NCBI GenBank assembly: GCA_965248255.1
Contig: CBDFIW010000001.1
Location: 1,492 to 65,491, forward strand
Reading direction: 5' to 3'
Length of the DNA: 64,000 bases
From: Bryobacterales bacterium
Lineage (GTDB): Bacteria; Acidobacteriota; Terriglobia; Bryobacterales; UBA6623
Below, in pieces: positions 26,829 to 35,793 of the stretch; the stretch's first letter is position 1, and every line of letters begins with the position of its first letter. The notes under the pieces were generated by a model that saw nothing but the letters and a program-made list of their open reading frames with translations, ran no database searches and had not been told where the DNA came from. The translations under genes were made by a program, and so were the position numbers.

Positions 26829-29321
26829 TCAGTCTTCCTCCGGCACGGCGCTGCCCAGATCGACCCCGTGCTGCTTGCACACCTCGATCGGGATGCGTAC
26901 GGCGCGCAGCCGCATGCGGTGGAAGCGCAGCGGATACGTCGTCACCGAGGCCCCCTGGAGCTGCCCTAGCAGCCGCCGCAGGTCGACGTTTTCAAACGCC
27001 GTGCGTCGTAGTTCGTTGAGCAGTGAGGGGTGCGCGGTGGCGATCACCAAGGCGTCGTCGTCGTCGAGCCGCACGCCGTAGCTCGCCGGCAGCTTGACGT
27101 CATACTTCACCGGATCGCTCAGCAGGTCGAGAAGCGGCACCCGCTCCACACCCCGCGCCTGCACGCGCAGATTGAGGATTTCCCGTAGCGCGTCGCCGGC
27201 GTCGTTGCGCGCCGTTCCGACATGAGCGTCGGAGAGTGGCGGCACTATTCCCCTCTCGCCCGTCCACCAACGCCAACCGGCCGTGAGCGCGCCACCGATC
27301 AGGCTGCCGCGCGTTCCGTGGCCGATGCGCATCATCTCGCGCGAGACCGACACGGCCTCCTCGACGATCTCGTGCCCCTCATGAATCAGCGCCGTGCGGA
27401 TGCGCTCGCTGGCGCCGTTCGCCAACGAGTCGTCGATGCCACGTTCGACCGCCGGCCAGTCCTCGACGCCCTCTTGCGAGAGATGGACCAGCTGGAAGCG
27501 GCTGGCGTCGGCCGCCCGCAGGTTCGCCAGCTTGGTCGAACTCATGCAGACCGAGAAGCGCGGGTTCAAGGTCTGCACAGCGTCGCCGTCGGCGCGGATC
27601 CTCTCTCCGTCCCCACCCGCGGCGATCCGTATCACGTCCATCAACCCCTCGATCCACCGCCGGTCGGGTTCGGCCTCGTCGAGAATCAGCGGCAGGGAAT
27701 CCGAGCGCATGCGCCGCGCGATCGCCGCCGGGGTGGCGTCCGCCACGCGCACCACCATGGGACCCAGCAGACGGGCCGCGACGCGCTTCAACAGCCAACT
27801 CTTGCCCGTCTCGGCCGCCGCCGCCATCCAGATATGAGGCCGCCACTCCAAGGCGCCGCCGACGACGCTGGACACCAGCCAGCCGAGAAAGCGCCTGCCG
27901 TCCAATGGCTGCCGCCAGCGGTAACGCTCGACGGCCTCGGCGACGCGCTTGCGCTCGGCGGGCTTGGCGCTTTGCTCGGCGACATTAATGCGCGCGCCGG
28001 TGACGCAGTGCCAGCCGCCCTCCAGGCTGTCGAGTTCCTGTTCTCTGCCGTCGACCAGCAGGCGGTCGCCCAGATTCCACACGTAGCGGCCCTTGTCGGT
28101 GCGGAAGTAGCCCCGCCCGACCACCCGCGAGAGGTCGATTTGGCCTTGACGATCCGCCGCGCGGATCAGCGCCGACCCCACCGAATGACAGACCGGCCGC
28201 GTCAGCGATGGCTCTCGTAGGGTTTCGAGCCACCAGTTGTAGGCGGCCAGTGAGATCAAGGTCGAGGATTGCGTGAGCGCCGGGCGCGAATAGAGCAGGA
28301 TGCGGTGCGTGCGCAGCTTCACGGCCACGCTGTCGGCAGCATTGCCGAGGATGCGGAAATACTGGTTCTCAGCGACGATGGCCGGTGGTGGAGGCGGCGG
28401 TTCCTTCTTTTTCTTCGGCTGCTTCGGATCGGCCTGCTTTTCCCGTGCCTGCTCGGCCTCGGGCGATTTCCAGGGCGCGGCCAGGCGGCCGAGCCAGTTC
28501 TGGGCGGCTTGCCGGCCGCCGCCCTCGGCGATCTCGTCGGCGATGTCACGGTGATCCTCTCCCTCGGGCAGGGCGACCCTAATGTCCGAGCACCCCAGCG
28601 CGCCGAGGTGCTCGGCGAGGGCCAGCATGCACCCTCGGCCATCGCTGTCGGCGTCGGAGACCAGCAGCACGCGGCGGCCGCCGAGCGGCGACCAATCGGT
28701 GCGTTTCCATGACTTCGCGCCTCCCGCCCAACTCGTCACGACCACCTTGGGGAAAGTCGCGGTCACAGCGTCGGCGCACTTTTCGCCCTCGACGACCATC
28801 ACTTGCTTGTCACGGGGCGCTTGGGCCATCTCCCACAAGCGGTACAGCGGCCGTCCTTCGCTGAGCGCCAACTGGACGTTCCAGCCGTCTTTGCCGTTGC
28901 GCTTTGCCGGTGTGTAGGGCAGGCACTTCGGACCCTTGGCGAAGCGGCAGATCGTGAAGGCGGGTGTCCCGTCAGCCAGCAGGTAGCGATGCCGCGCGAC
29001 TGCGTCGTCGGGCAGGCGCGGGACCCAATGCGGCGGCTCTTTCTTGCGCGGTTTTGGCTGCGCCGGCTGACGGCCGTTCTGCAACGCGCCCCTGACCGCC
29101 CGCAGTGCATTCTTCTGGCTCCAGCCGTGCTTTTTCTGCAAGTAGGTCACGGCGTCCCCTTCCGCGCCGCAGCCGTGGCAGCAGTAGACGTCCTTGTCGA
29201 CGTTGACGCTCAACGACGGCGTCTTGTCGTCGTGAAAGGGGCATTTCGCCATGCGCTCCTGCCCCTTGCCGCGCAGCGTGACGCCGTCCTCGCGCAGTAG
29301 GTCAACTAGCTTTTGAGTCAT
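26829..29321 (-). CDS. phage/plasmid primase-helicase (CHC2 zinc finger + TOPRIM + P-loop domain)
   Basis: CPFHDDKTPSLSV...YCCHGCGAEGDAVTYL is a DnaG-type zinc finger. VVEGEKCADAV and LLVSDADSDGRG are TOPRIM acidic motifs. AAAETGKSWLL with LPLILDEAEPD gives Walker A and B. Confidence 0.8.
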   Translation of the reverse strand: MTQKLVDLLREDGVTLRGKGQERMAKCPFHDDKTPSLSVNVDKDVYCCHGCGAEGDAVTYLQKKHGWSQKNALRAVRGALQNGRQPAQPKPRKKEPPHWVPRLPDDAVARHRYLLADGTPAFTICRFAKGPKCLPYTPAKRNGKDGWNVQLALSEGRPLYRLWEMAQAPRDKQVMVVEGEKCADAVTATFPKVVVTSWAGGAKSWKRTDWSPLGGRRVLLVSDADSDGRGCMLALAEHLGALGCSDIRVALPEGEDHRDIADEIAEGGGRQAAQNWLGRLAAPWKSPEAEQAREKQADPKQPKKKKEPPPPPPAIVAENQYFRILGNAADSVAVKLRTHRILLYSRPALTQSSTLISLAAYNWWLETLREPSLTRPVCHSVGSALIRAADRQGQIDLSRVVGRGYFRTDKGRYVWNLGDRLLVDGREQELDSLEGGWHCVTGARINVAEQSAKPAERKRVAEAVERYRWRQPLDGRRFLGWLVSSVVGGALEWRPHIWMAAAAETGKSWLLKRVAARLLGPMVVRVADATPAAIARRMRSDSLPLILDEAEPDRRWIEGLMDVIRIAAGGDGERIRADGDAVQTLNPRFSVCMSSTKLANLRAADASRFQLVHLSQEGVEDWPAVERGIDDSLANGASERIRTALIHEGHEIVEEAVSVSREMMRIGHGTRGSLIGGALTAGWRWWTGERGIVPPLSDAHVGTARNDAGDALREILNLRVQARGVERVPLLDLLSDPVKYDVKLPASYGVRLDDDDALVIATAHPSLLNELRRTAFENVDLRRLLGQLQGASVTTYPLRFHRMRLRAVRIPIEVCKQHGVDLGSAVPEED

Positions 29322-30717
29322 TCTCGATCGGCACCTTCAGCACGGCCGCGAGAGTTCGCGCCCAGCCCGGCTTGAAGCCGAAGTCCTCGCCGATTCTGAC
29401 CAGCCCCCGGTATCCCTCCCGTCTGCGCATGACAGCGGCGATGCGCGTTTTCATTGCACGCCGGGAAATCTTTGGACGGCGCTCGGACGGCGCGGCATCG
29501 CTCAGTTCGGTCTCAACCTCGACCGGGGCGGGCAAGGCATGTTCGGCGCCGCAGGAGGGGCAGGCCGACAGGCGTGAGGGGTAGACCTCGGCGCACTCCG
29601 AGCAGCAGCGCTGACGCTGGGCGGCCGGGCGCTTGTCGACGGTCGTGCCCTGTCTGGTTCCGTCGAGATCCCAGTGCCGGTTTTCCTCCGGCAGGCCGAG
29701 GTCCCAGGAGTTGCCGGCTAAGTCGAGCAACAGGGCGGTTTTTCCTTTTCCGGGCCGCATCGCGCGGCCCGCCTGCTGCAAGTACATCGTGACGCTCTTG
29801 GTCGGGCGGGCCGCCATGATCACTTCGCATTCGGGCACGTCGGTGCCCTCGGAGATCAGATCCACGTTCGAGACGACCTGGATCAAGCCCTCGCCGAACT
29901 CCTTGAGCACCAGGTCGCGGCGCCGCACGTCCGTCTCGGCGTCGATGTGCTCGGCCCGGAAGCCCTCTTTCTTCAAGCTCTCGACCACCGCCTTGCTGTG
30001 GCGCCGGTTCACGGCGAAGAAGATGGCCCGCTTGCCGGCCCCATAGCGGCGGTAAGCCGCTGCTCCGGCCGCGATCACCTGATCGGTCAACCGCTCGTCG
30101 AGGTCCTTCTTGTTCCAATCGCCCGCTATCGTGCGGACACCGGCGGTCGACAGACCCTGTACGGGACGCAGGACCCGCATCGGAGCTAGATGGCCCCGCT
30201 CGACCAGCTCAACGATCGATGGACCCTGTACCAGAGCGTCGAAGTGATCGCCCAACGGTTTTCCGTCGAGCCGTCCCGGCGTCGCCGTCAGGCCGAGCAC
30301 CCTGGTCGAGGGGAAGCGGTTCAGCACGTTCTCCCAGGTTTTCGCCTTCACGTGGTGCGCCTCGTCGACGATCACGAGGTTGGGTTTCAGCCAGTGGGTC
30401 TCGCGGCGGTTGATGGACTGCACCGAGGCGATCTGGAAACGCGCCCAGCGTGTCTCGGCGTGGCCGGCGGCGATGATGCCGTATTGGTCGCCCAGCCCCG
30501 CTTGGGTGAGCGTCTTGGCGAACTGGCGCACCAGCTCGCGGCGATGGACCAGCACCAACGCCTGCTTGCCGTTCTCGGCCAGCCTGGAGGCGATATAGCC
30601 GGCCACGATCGTCTTGCCCGCCCCGGTAGGCAGCTGGTAGACGACGGCACGGACGCGCCGCAGCTCTTGCCGCAGTCGGGAGACGTCCTCCAGCTGATAG
30701 TCATGCGGGGTGAGCAT
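29302..30717 (-). CDS. SF2 DEAD/DEAH-box helicase with C-terminal zinc ribbon
   Basis: Motif I is QLPTGAGKT, motif II is VIVDEAHH and motif III is LGLTATP. The C-terminus has CCSEC...CPSCG. Confidence 0.85.
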   Translation of the reverse strand: MLTPHDYQLEDVSRLRQELRRVRAVVYQLPTGAGKTIVAGYIASRLAENGKQALVLVHRRELVRQFAKTLTQAGLGDQYGIIAAGHAETRWARFQIASVQSINRRETHWLKPNLVIVDEAHHVKAKTWENVLNRFPSTRVLGLTATPGRLDGKPLGDHFDALVQGPSIVELVERGHLAPMRVLRPVQGLSTAGVRTIAGDWNKKDLDERLTDQVIAAGAAAYRRYGAGKRAIFFAVNRRHSKAVVESLKKEGFRAEHIDAETDVRRRDLVLKEFGEGLIQVVSNVDLISEGTDVPECEVIMAARPTKSVTMYLQQAGRAMRPGKGKTALLLDLAGNSWDLGLPEENRHWDLDGTRQGTTVDKRPAAQRQRCCSECAEVYPSRLSACPSCGAEHALPAPVEVETELSDAAPSERRPKISRRAMKTRIAAVMRRREGYRGLVRIGEDFGFKPGWARTLAAVLKVPIENDSKAS

Positions 30718-32470
30718 CGGGGATCCTCCCTTCCTCTACCGTGACCGTGGCCCAACGCTGGGGAAACAGTTCGCGCCCTCCGGTGGCGCAAACGATCACC
30801 GACAAGCCGCTCTCGGCGGCAAGGGCGTCGCACAACACGACCAGCTGCGTCAGCCCATCGGCGTCGAGCACATCCGCTCCGTCCAGAACGGCGTAGTTAT
30901 TGCCCAGCGCCAGCGCGACCCCGGCCTGAAGCGCTGTCTGCGCCCGCCACTGCTCCGAAGTCGAGCACAGCGCCACGGGCCGCTCCCCGGCACTGACGGC
31001 GTAGGATTGGTCGAGCTTGACCAGCGGCCAGTTAGTTAACTCATGCACCCGCCGAAGGCCCCTCGCCAACCGCCCCAAGCCCTCCTTCATGGCGCGGCCG
31101 CGGATGCCGCGTGGCCCAAGCAAGTCCGCGATCAGCGAGTAGGAGGCGGCCGAGCGGTGGGCTTCGGTGGCTTCGGCGCGCTTTTGGATCAGATTCAGCG
31201 CCTCACGCCGCGACTCGACCTCTTGTTCGGCCAGCGCGATCCGCTCCTCGGACTCGTCCGCCTTGACCGGGCTGTCCGCGCCACCGGCTTGCGCTTCCGC
31301 CGCCCGTAGATCCGCGGCAACATCGGCCCTGGCTTCCTCGGCCCGCTCGCGCTGCTTGAGAATCGGCAGGCCCTTCTGCTTCGCCGCGGTCAGCTTCTGG
31401 CGTAGAAAGTCGAGTCTTTCGCTGAGTTCCTCTCCGCGCTTCTCCCACTCCCCGATACGCTGCTGGAGGGCCGCGTCGTCCTCCGCCGCGTAGAGCGCGT
31501 GATCCCGCACCACGATCTTTCCGCCGCACAAAGGACAGGGCCTGCCGTCGCTCGGCTGGGGCTTCGAGCGCTGGTGCTCTTTGTATTTGTCCTTCGCTTC
31601 GATACCGTCCGTTCGAATCCCGGCGATCTCTTCCTCGACCGCATCCGCCGCTTTTCTGACCTCGTCGAGCCGCCGGGCCGCATCGTCCCTTCTTTCGCGC
31701 AGCCCGGGCAGCCGCGCGGCGGCGTTTTGCGCCTGTTGCGCTTCCGCTGCCGAGACCGCTCCCGAGACATGAAGCGCCTGCAGAACGTCCCGCGCGTCAC
31801 CGAGCGCGGCTTCGGCCTCGAGCGGCGTTACGCCGTCGTAGTCCGACCTCCAGCCGGCAGGCGTCCAGTTGGGGGCCTTCGCCGTGCCGTATGGTTCGCC
31901 CGTGATCGAGGACCAGTCGCGCTTGCTTTCCTTCGCCTTGGCCCGGTAAACTCCCTCGACCGACTCCCACCCCTGCTCCCGCAGGACCTCGATGACATCC
32001 GCCACCATGCGCTCGCCGGCGAGAGCGGAGCGCAGTTCCTTCTTCAGCTCGTCCTCGATGTGCTCGGGCAGCGGCAGGAAAGCCGACTCCCAGATCTCCC
32101 CGCGGGCGCGGGCAGTGGCGCGGGAGATGAAATCCGTTAGTCCGACAGCTGCACGGTGCAGCGGCGGGGGAGCCTCGGCGAACACCCTCATAGCCTTTTC
32201 CGCCAACACCCAACGGAGGTACTCCGCTCCGCCTGGACCCGACAGCAGGACCTCACCGTAGTCGGTCCCCTCGCGGAGGTAGGGTTTCGCGGTCGGCGCC
32301 AGCCCTAGAGGATTAGCCTCGCGCGACAGCACCGAGCCGATCGCCGTGGCGAGCGACGTCTTGCCCGCGGCGTTCGGGCCGGCGATGCCCAGCGGCGCGG
32401 CTTTCGGCAGGGGGATCGCCGCCTGCTCGATGCCCAGCACGTTGCTGACGGTGACGACAAGCTCCGCCAT
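30701..32470 (-). CDS. SMC/Rad50/SbcC-like ATPase with coiled coil and CxxC hook
   Basis: Walker A is GPNAAGKTS. A long charged coiled-coil is interrupted by RPCPLCGG. The C-terminus has YAVLDGADVLD (Walker B/D-loop-like). Confidence 0.7.
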   Translation of the reverse strand: MAELVVTVSNVLGIEQAAIPLPKAAPLGIAGPNAAGKTSLATAIGSVLSREANPLGLAPTAKPYLREGTDYGEVLLSGPGGAEYLRWVLAEKAMRVFAEAPPPLHRAAVGLTDFISRATARARGEIWESAFLPLPEHIEDELKKELRSALAGERMVADVIEVLREQGWESVEGVYRAKAKESKRDWSSITGEPYGTAKAPNWTPAGWRSDYDGVTPLEAEAALGDARDVLQALHVSGAVSAAEAQQAQNAAARLPGLRERRDDAARRLDEVRKAADAVEEEIAGIRTDGIEAKDKYKEHQRSKPQPSDGRPCPLCGGKIVVRDHALYAAEDDAALQQRIGEWEKRGEELSERLDFLRQKLTAAKQKGLPILKQRERAEEARADVAADLRAAEAQAGGADSPVKADESEERIALAEQEVESRREALNLIQKRAEATEAHRSAASYSLIADLLGPRGIRGRAMKEGLGRLARGLRRVHELTNWPLVKLDQSYAVSAGERPVALCSTSEQWRAQTALQAGVALALGNNYAVLDGADVLDADGLTQLVVLCDALAAESGLSVIVCATGGRELFPQRWATVTVEEGRIPDAHPA

Positions 32471-32472
32471 CA

Positions 32473-33327
32473 CTAGAACTCGTCGCCTCCCCAGCGATCC
32501 GTGTCGTTGGGTTCGTTATCTTGTTCTTGCGGCGCAGGTCCTTCGATCTGTTCCGGCTCGGGCTTGCCGTTTTGTTCCTGCCTGGCCTGCCAATCGCCGC
32601 CGCCTTGCGATTCCATCTCCACCGCGGACGTGTCCGCTTCCTCTGATGCCGGCCAGAAGTCATCCATCGCTGTGCGGGCTAGACCACGGATCGGCAAGCG
32701 CTTCAGCAGCGTCCGCAGCGCCGTTTTTTCGGCCATCTGCGCGTAGTCCGTTACCCAGGGGCCGTCGTTGCGCGCCGGAGAACGCTTCCTGCGAGCATCG
32801 ATCTCATCGCGGGAGAGGACCGTGAATTCCGGCTCTGGATTGCCCGGTATGTGGGCCACGGCGTAGGCCGCGATGATCTCTTTGTCATCGCGCCCGCCAT
32901 CCAGCTTCGTGACGTGGCGTAAGACCGGGTGTAGCCCGTCCTCATACTCGAACTCATCGGCAACGTAGACGCAGCGCGCCCGCAGCACAATCCCCTTGAT
33001 GGACTCACGGCACTTGTCGAGCATGCCGCCGATCATGATGTCGAGACGCGCCCTCCGCTTCCCGCCGCTTTTGGGTTTGACGGGAACGATCACGGCGGAG
33101 TGGCCGTCGGGCATCAAGCCGCGTTCCGCGCAGGCGAGCAGCGCCCGCCGCAGCGACTGGGCATCGCACTCGCCGATCCTGGGGTTCGTCAGCAGGGCGT
33201 TGAGCGCCACCCGTGAGAAATAGTCGGGACTGACGTTGATTCGCTTAAGGTGCGGCTCGGCGTCGACCGCGGCGCGCTCAACTGTTTGTCTGCATACTTG
33301 AAGTTGTTCTTTGGATTGACTTGGCAT
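32473..33327 (-). CDS. recT: RecT-family single-strand annealing recombinase
   Basis: The start is the ATG at 33327 with an upstream GAAGGA. LLACAERGLMPDGHSAVIVP...MIGGM...IAAYAVA...WVTDYAQMAEKTALRTLLKRLP resembles RecT. Confidence 0.7.
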   Translation of the reverse strand: MPSQSKEQLQVCRQTVERAAVDAEPHLKRINVSPDYFSRVALNALLTNPRIGECDAQSLRRALLACAERGLMPDGHSAVIVPVKPKSGGKRRARLDIMIGGMLDKCRESIKGIVLRARCVYVADEFEYEDGLHPVLRHVTKLDGGRDDKEIIAAYAVAHIPGNPEPEFTVLSRDEIDARRKRSPARNDGPWVTDYAQMAEKTALRTLLKRLPIRGLARTAMDDFWPASEEADTSAVEMESQGGGDWQARQEQNGKPEPEQIEGPAPQEQDNEPNDTDRWGGDEF

Positions 33328-34040
33328 GTTGTTCCTTCTTTCTGTCGTGGAAGCACCCGCGAGGCACAATCGCTCACCCGGCATTGGGTGCAGTGCACGC
33401 CGGGATTGGGCAGCGGCTCGCTGCCGCCGTCGAAGAGTTCAACGACGCGCCGCACCACCGCCATCGCGTCCGCCCTGGCCGGGCCGGAGGGACGGAATTC
33501 GATGTGCGCCGCCTCGGGCCTGCCGACGCGCGGGCGCGGGCAGGCGATCAGGCCGACCGAGGCAGGCCCTTCGCCCTCGGCCTCGAGCGCCGCGGCATAG
33601 GCTCCCAGTTGCAGCCAGGAGTGGTAGGCGGCATGGCCGGTCTTGACATCGAGCACGGCCTTGCCGAGCCCGGTATCGACCACGAAGTCGCACGTTCCCG
33701 TGATCACTGCGCCCTCGATCAGCGCGCGGACCGGCATCTCGCGTGCCAGCACCTTCCAGCCGACTGGATCGACCGTGGCCTCGATCGCTTTGACGACCAT
33801 GTTGATCTGTGCCTTCGCGTGCCTTGCGGTCGGCGTGCGGTCATCGAAGAGTGCCGGCTCCGGCATGGCGGGAAGCTCTTCCCCCGCCAGCCTGGCGTGT
33901 ACCGCCGAGCCGATCCAGGACGCAATATGCTCCCCGGCGAAGGGCTTGGCTTCGGGGTGCAGGCAGTCCCACATCGCCCGCCGCTCGCAGCTCCGCCAAG
34001 CAGCCAGACGCGAAGGATGAATCTCAACGCACCCGTACAC
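33189..34040 (-). CDS. PD-(D/E)XK (Cas4/RecB-like) exonuclease
   Basis: IHPSRLAAWRSCERRAMW is followed by GTCDFVVD...AVLDVKTG, a D...D/ExK core. The C-terminus has Cys residues (HCTQCRVSDC). The 3' end overlaps the recT start by about 140 nt, so the stop may be affected by an indel. Confidence 0.6.
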   Translation of the reverse strand: MYGCVEIHPSRLAAWRSCERRAMWDCLHPEAKPFAGEHIASWIGSAVHARLAGEELPAMPEPALFDDRTPTARHAKAQINMVVKAIEATVDPVGWKVLAREMPVRALIEGAVITGTCDFVVDTGLGKAVLDVKTGHAAYHSWLQLGAYAAALEAEGEGPASVGLIACPRPRVGRPEAAHIEFRPSGPARADAMAVVRRVVELFDGGSEPLPNPGVHCTQCRVSDCASRVLPRQKEGTTCQVNPKNNFKYADKQLSAPRSTPSRTLSESTSVPTISHGWRSTPC

Positions 34041-34218
34041 GCCGGCCCCTCTCTAAAAAAACTGGGAATGGAAACGGGGCGCGGACAGAATTGTCCAAAT
34101 GTTTGTCCAAATACTGAGTGTTGGTGGGTGTGGATAGGATTATTTGAACACTGTATTCAAACCAGTTAGCATCTATTGACCCCTTGTTTGTTCTTAGCCA
34201 TTGACTTAAGATGCCTCC
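34041..34218 (-). promoter_or_regulatory. only sizeable intergenic gap in the phage block, with operator-like repeats
   Basis: Tandem TTGTCCAAAT at 34091-34100 and 34103-34112. Palindrome TTTGAA-N7-TTCAAA at 34143-34161. The region is visibly AT-richer than its flanks. Confidence 0.35.
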
Positions 34219-35793
34219 CTAGAGATAGTCCACAAAGTCGTCTTCGCCTTCGGGCTCCGGTTCCTCGGGAGCCACAATCTCGGCCGCGATCTCGGCGGCG
34301 TGGGCGTGGGCCTCGGCGTCGATGACGGGCCGCGCCTGGGCCTCGATCTCCTTCAGACCCCGCAGCAGCCGTTTCTCCTGGCCCCGCTTGCGCTTGGCCT
34401 TCAAGTCGGCGATACGCGACTCCTCGGCCCAGCGACGCCGCTCGGCCAGCTTCGCCACGCACACCCGTTGCCCGTCGTGGTTGATCCAGACCCTCGAATC
34501 ATCGAAGAAGTCGTACTCGACCTCGACCCGGCGTCCGTCGAGCAGCAGCAAGAGTTCGGGGGCGCGATAGACGCGGTTGTAGAACTCGACCGCGCCGCGC
34601 CGCGCGACGCGTTCCTCGGAAGGCCGCGGCAGCGCCTCGGGGGGAATCCCGACCGGATTGCGCTCCAGGCTCGCCCAGATGTCGGCCGGCGCGCAGCCCA
34701 GGTTCGGCTGCGGTGTGTGGTTGTAGGCCGCGATGTACTCCTTGATCGCCTCGGCGTATTGGGGCAGCGACGGCAGCTTGACCCGTTTGTCGCGGATCGA
34801 ATGCTTCAGGCGGCGGATATCGTCGTCGGTGCGGCAGTGGCCGCAATAGGACGAGAAGCGTTTCCCCACCCGCTCCTCGAACCAGCGGAACCAGCCCTCA
34901 ATCAAACCCTTGCCCTTGGCGTTGCCCGGCTCCTCGGTGATGATGTCGATCCCCAGCCGTCGCAGCCAGCCCAGCGATTCGTCGGTCAACAGACGGTTGA
35001 TGAACCCCGAGCCGGGATCGACGTGCAGCGCCGCCGGCACATGATCCTCGCTCTTCAAGGCATGGCAGAGACTATGCAAGGTCGAGACCGCGCTCTCGGC
35101 ATCGCTCAAGCCAAAGCCGGTCACGTAGCCCGAGCGGATGTCGATCCAGATCGTCAACTCGGGGCGGTAGTGGCCCCCCGAGGCCGGGTGCCGCACGAAC
35201 ACGTCCGAGAGGTGGCCGTCGCCCTCATAGATCAGACCGACTTCGATCACCCTTCTGTCGCGCCGGACGTAGGGGCCGAGGTTTTGTTTGTAGTAGTGCC
35301 AGCCCGCACGCTTGGGCGAGTTCTCGCCCGCCACGGCCGCGGGCAACGATCCGAAGTAACGCCTGACGCGGGAGTTGGTGGCACCGGGGTAACCCTCGCC
35401 CCTGAGCCAGTAGGCGACGGTGGCCATTGCCGGACGCGTCGGCGAGTTATACAACTCGATCGCCCGCACCTCCCAGCCGTAGGGCTTTCGTTGCCGCCCG
35501 CGACGCCGGTCCATCAGAGCCGCCACGCCGCCCGCGATCCAGGCCGCGTGCAGGCGGCGCAACGTGCCCGCCGAGGGCAGCGAGGCGTCGCGGCCGCGTA
35601 ATTGGCCGATGACGTGAGAGAGGCTGTATCCGCTGTCTACGAGTTTGTCGATGCGCCGGCACACCCGGACGCGCTCCAGCACGCGCGGATCGAAGCGCAC
35701 CAGCTTCGATTGCGGCCGGCGAGAGGAGACGGAGGGGGGAAGAGCCGTGGCCCGCTCGGGCATCGCCACGACCTGATCCGAAACAGCGCTCAT
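34219..35793 (-). CDS. MuA/TnsB-type DDE transposase (rve core + Mu-transposase C-terminal-like domain)
   Basis: The start is the ATG at 35793, an ATGA overlap with the upstream gene. WIDIRSGYV...LHVDPGSGF...AKGKGLIEGWF gives the D, D, E context. RGAVEFYNRVYRAPELL...GRRVEVEYDFFDDSRVWI resembles the Mu transposase C-terminal domain. Confidence 0.8.
   Translation of the reverse strand: MSAVSDQVVAMPERATALPPSVSSRRPQSKLVRFDPRVLERVRVCRRIDKLVDSGYSLSHVIGQLRGRDASLPSAGTLRRLHAAWIAGGVAALMDRRRGRQRKPYGWEVRAIELYNSPTRPAMATVAYWLRGEGYPGATNSRVRRYFGSLPAAVAGENSPKRAGWHYYKQNLGPYVRRDRRVIEVGLIYEGDGHLSDVFVRHPASGGHYRPELTIWIDIRSGYVTGFGLSDAESAVSTLHSLCHALKSEDHVPAALHVDPGSGFINRLLTDESLGWLRRLGIDIITEEPGNAKGKGLIEGWFRWFEERVGKRFSSYCGHCRTDDDIRRLKHSIRDKRVKLPSLPQYAEAIKEYIAAYNHTPQPNLGCAPADIWASLERNPVGIPPEALPRPSEERVARRGAVEFYNRVYRAPELLLLLDGRRVEVEYDFFDDSRVWINHDGQRVCVAKLAERRRWAEESRIADLKAKRKRGQEKRLLRGLKEIEAQARPVIDAEAHAHAAEIAAEIVAPEEPEPEGEDDFVDYL

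Noticed and set aside
27222-28220. 332-aa plus-strand ORF
   Set aside because: It is antisense to the primase-helicase gene. It is a shadow ORF with no recognisable features.
34300-35601. 433-aa plus-strand ORF
   Set aside because: It is antisense to the MuA/TnsB-type transposase gene. The composition is Arg/Ala/Gly/Pro-rich and low in complexity, typical of shadow ORFs in high-GC DNA, and no motif is present.
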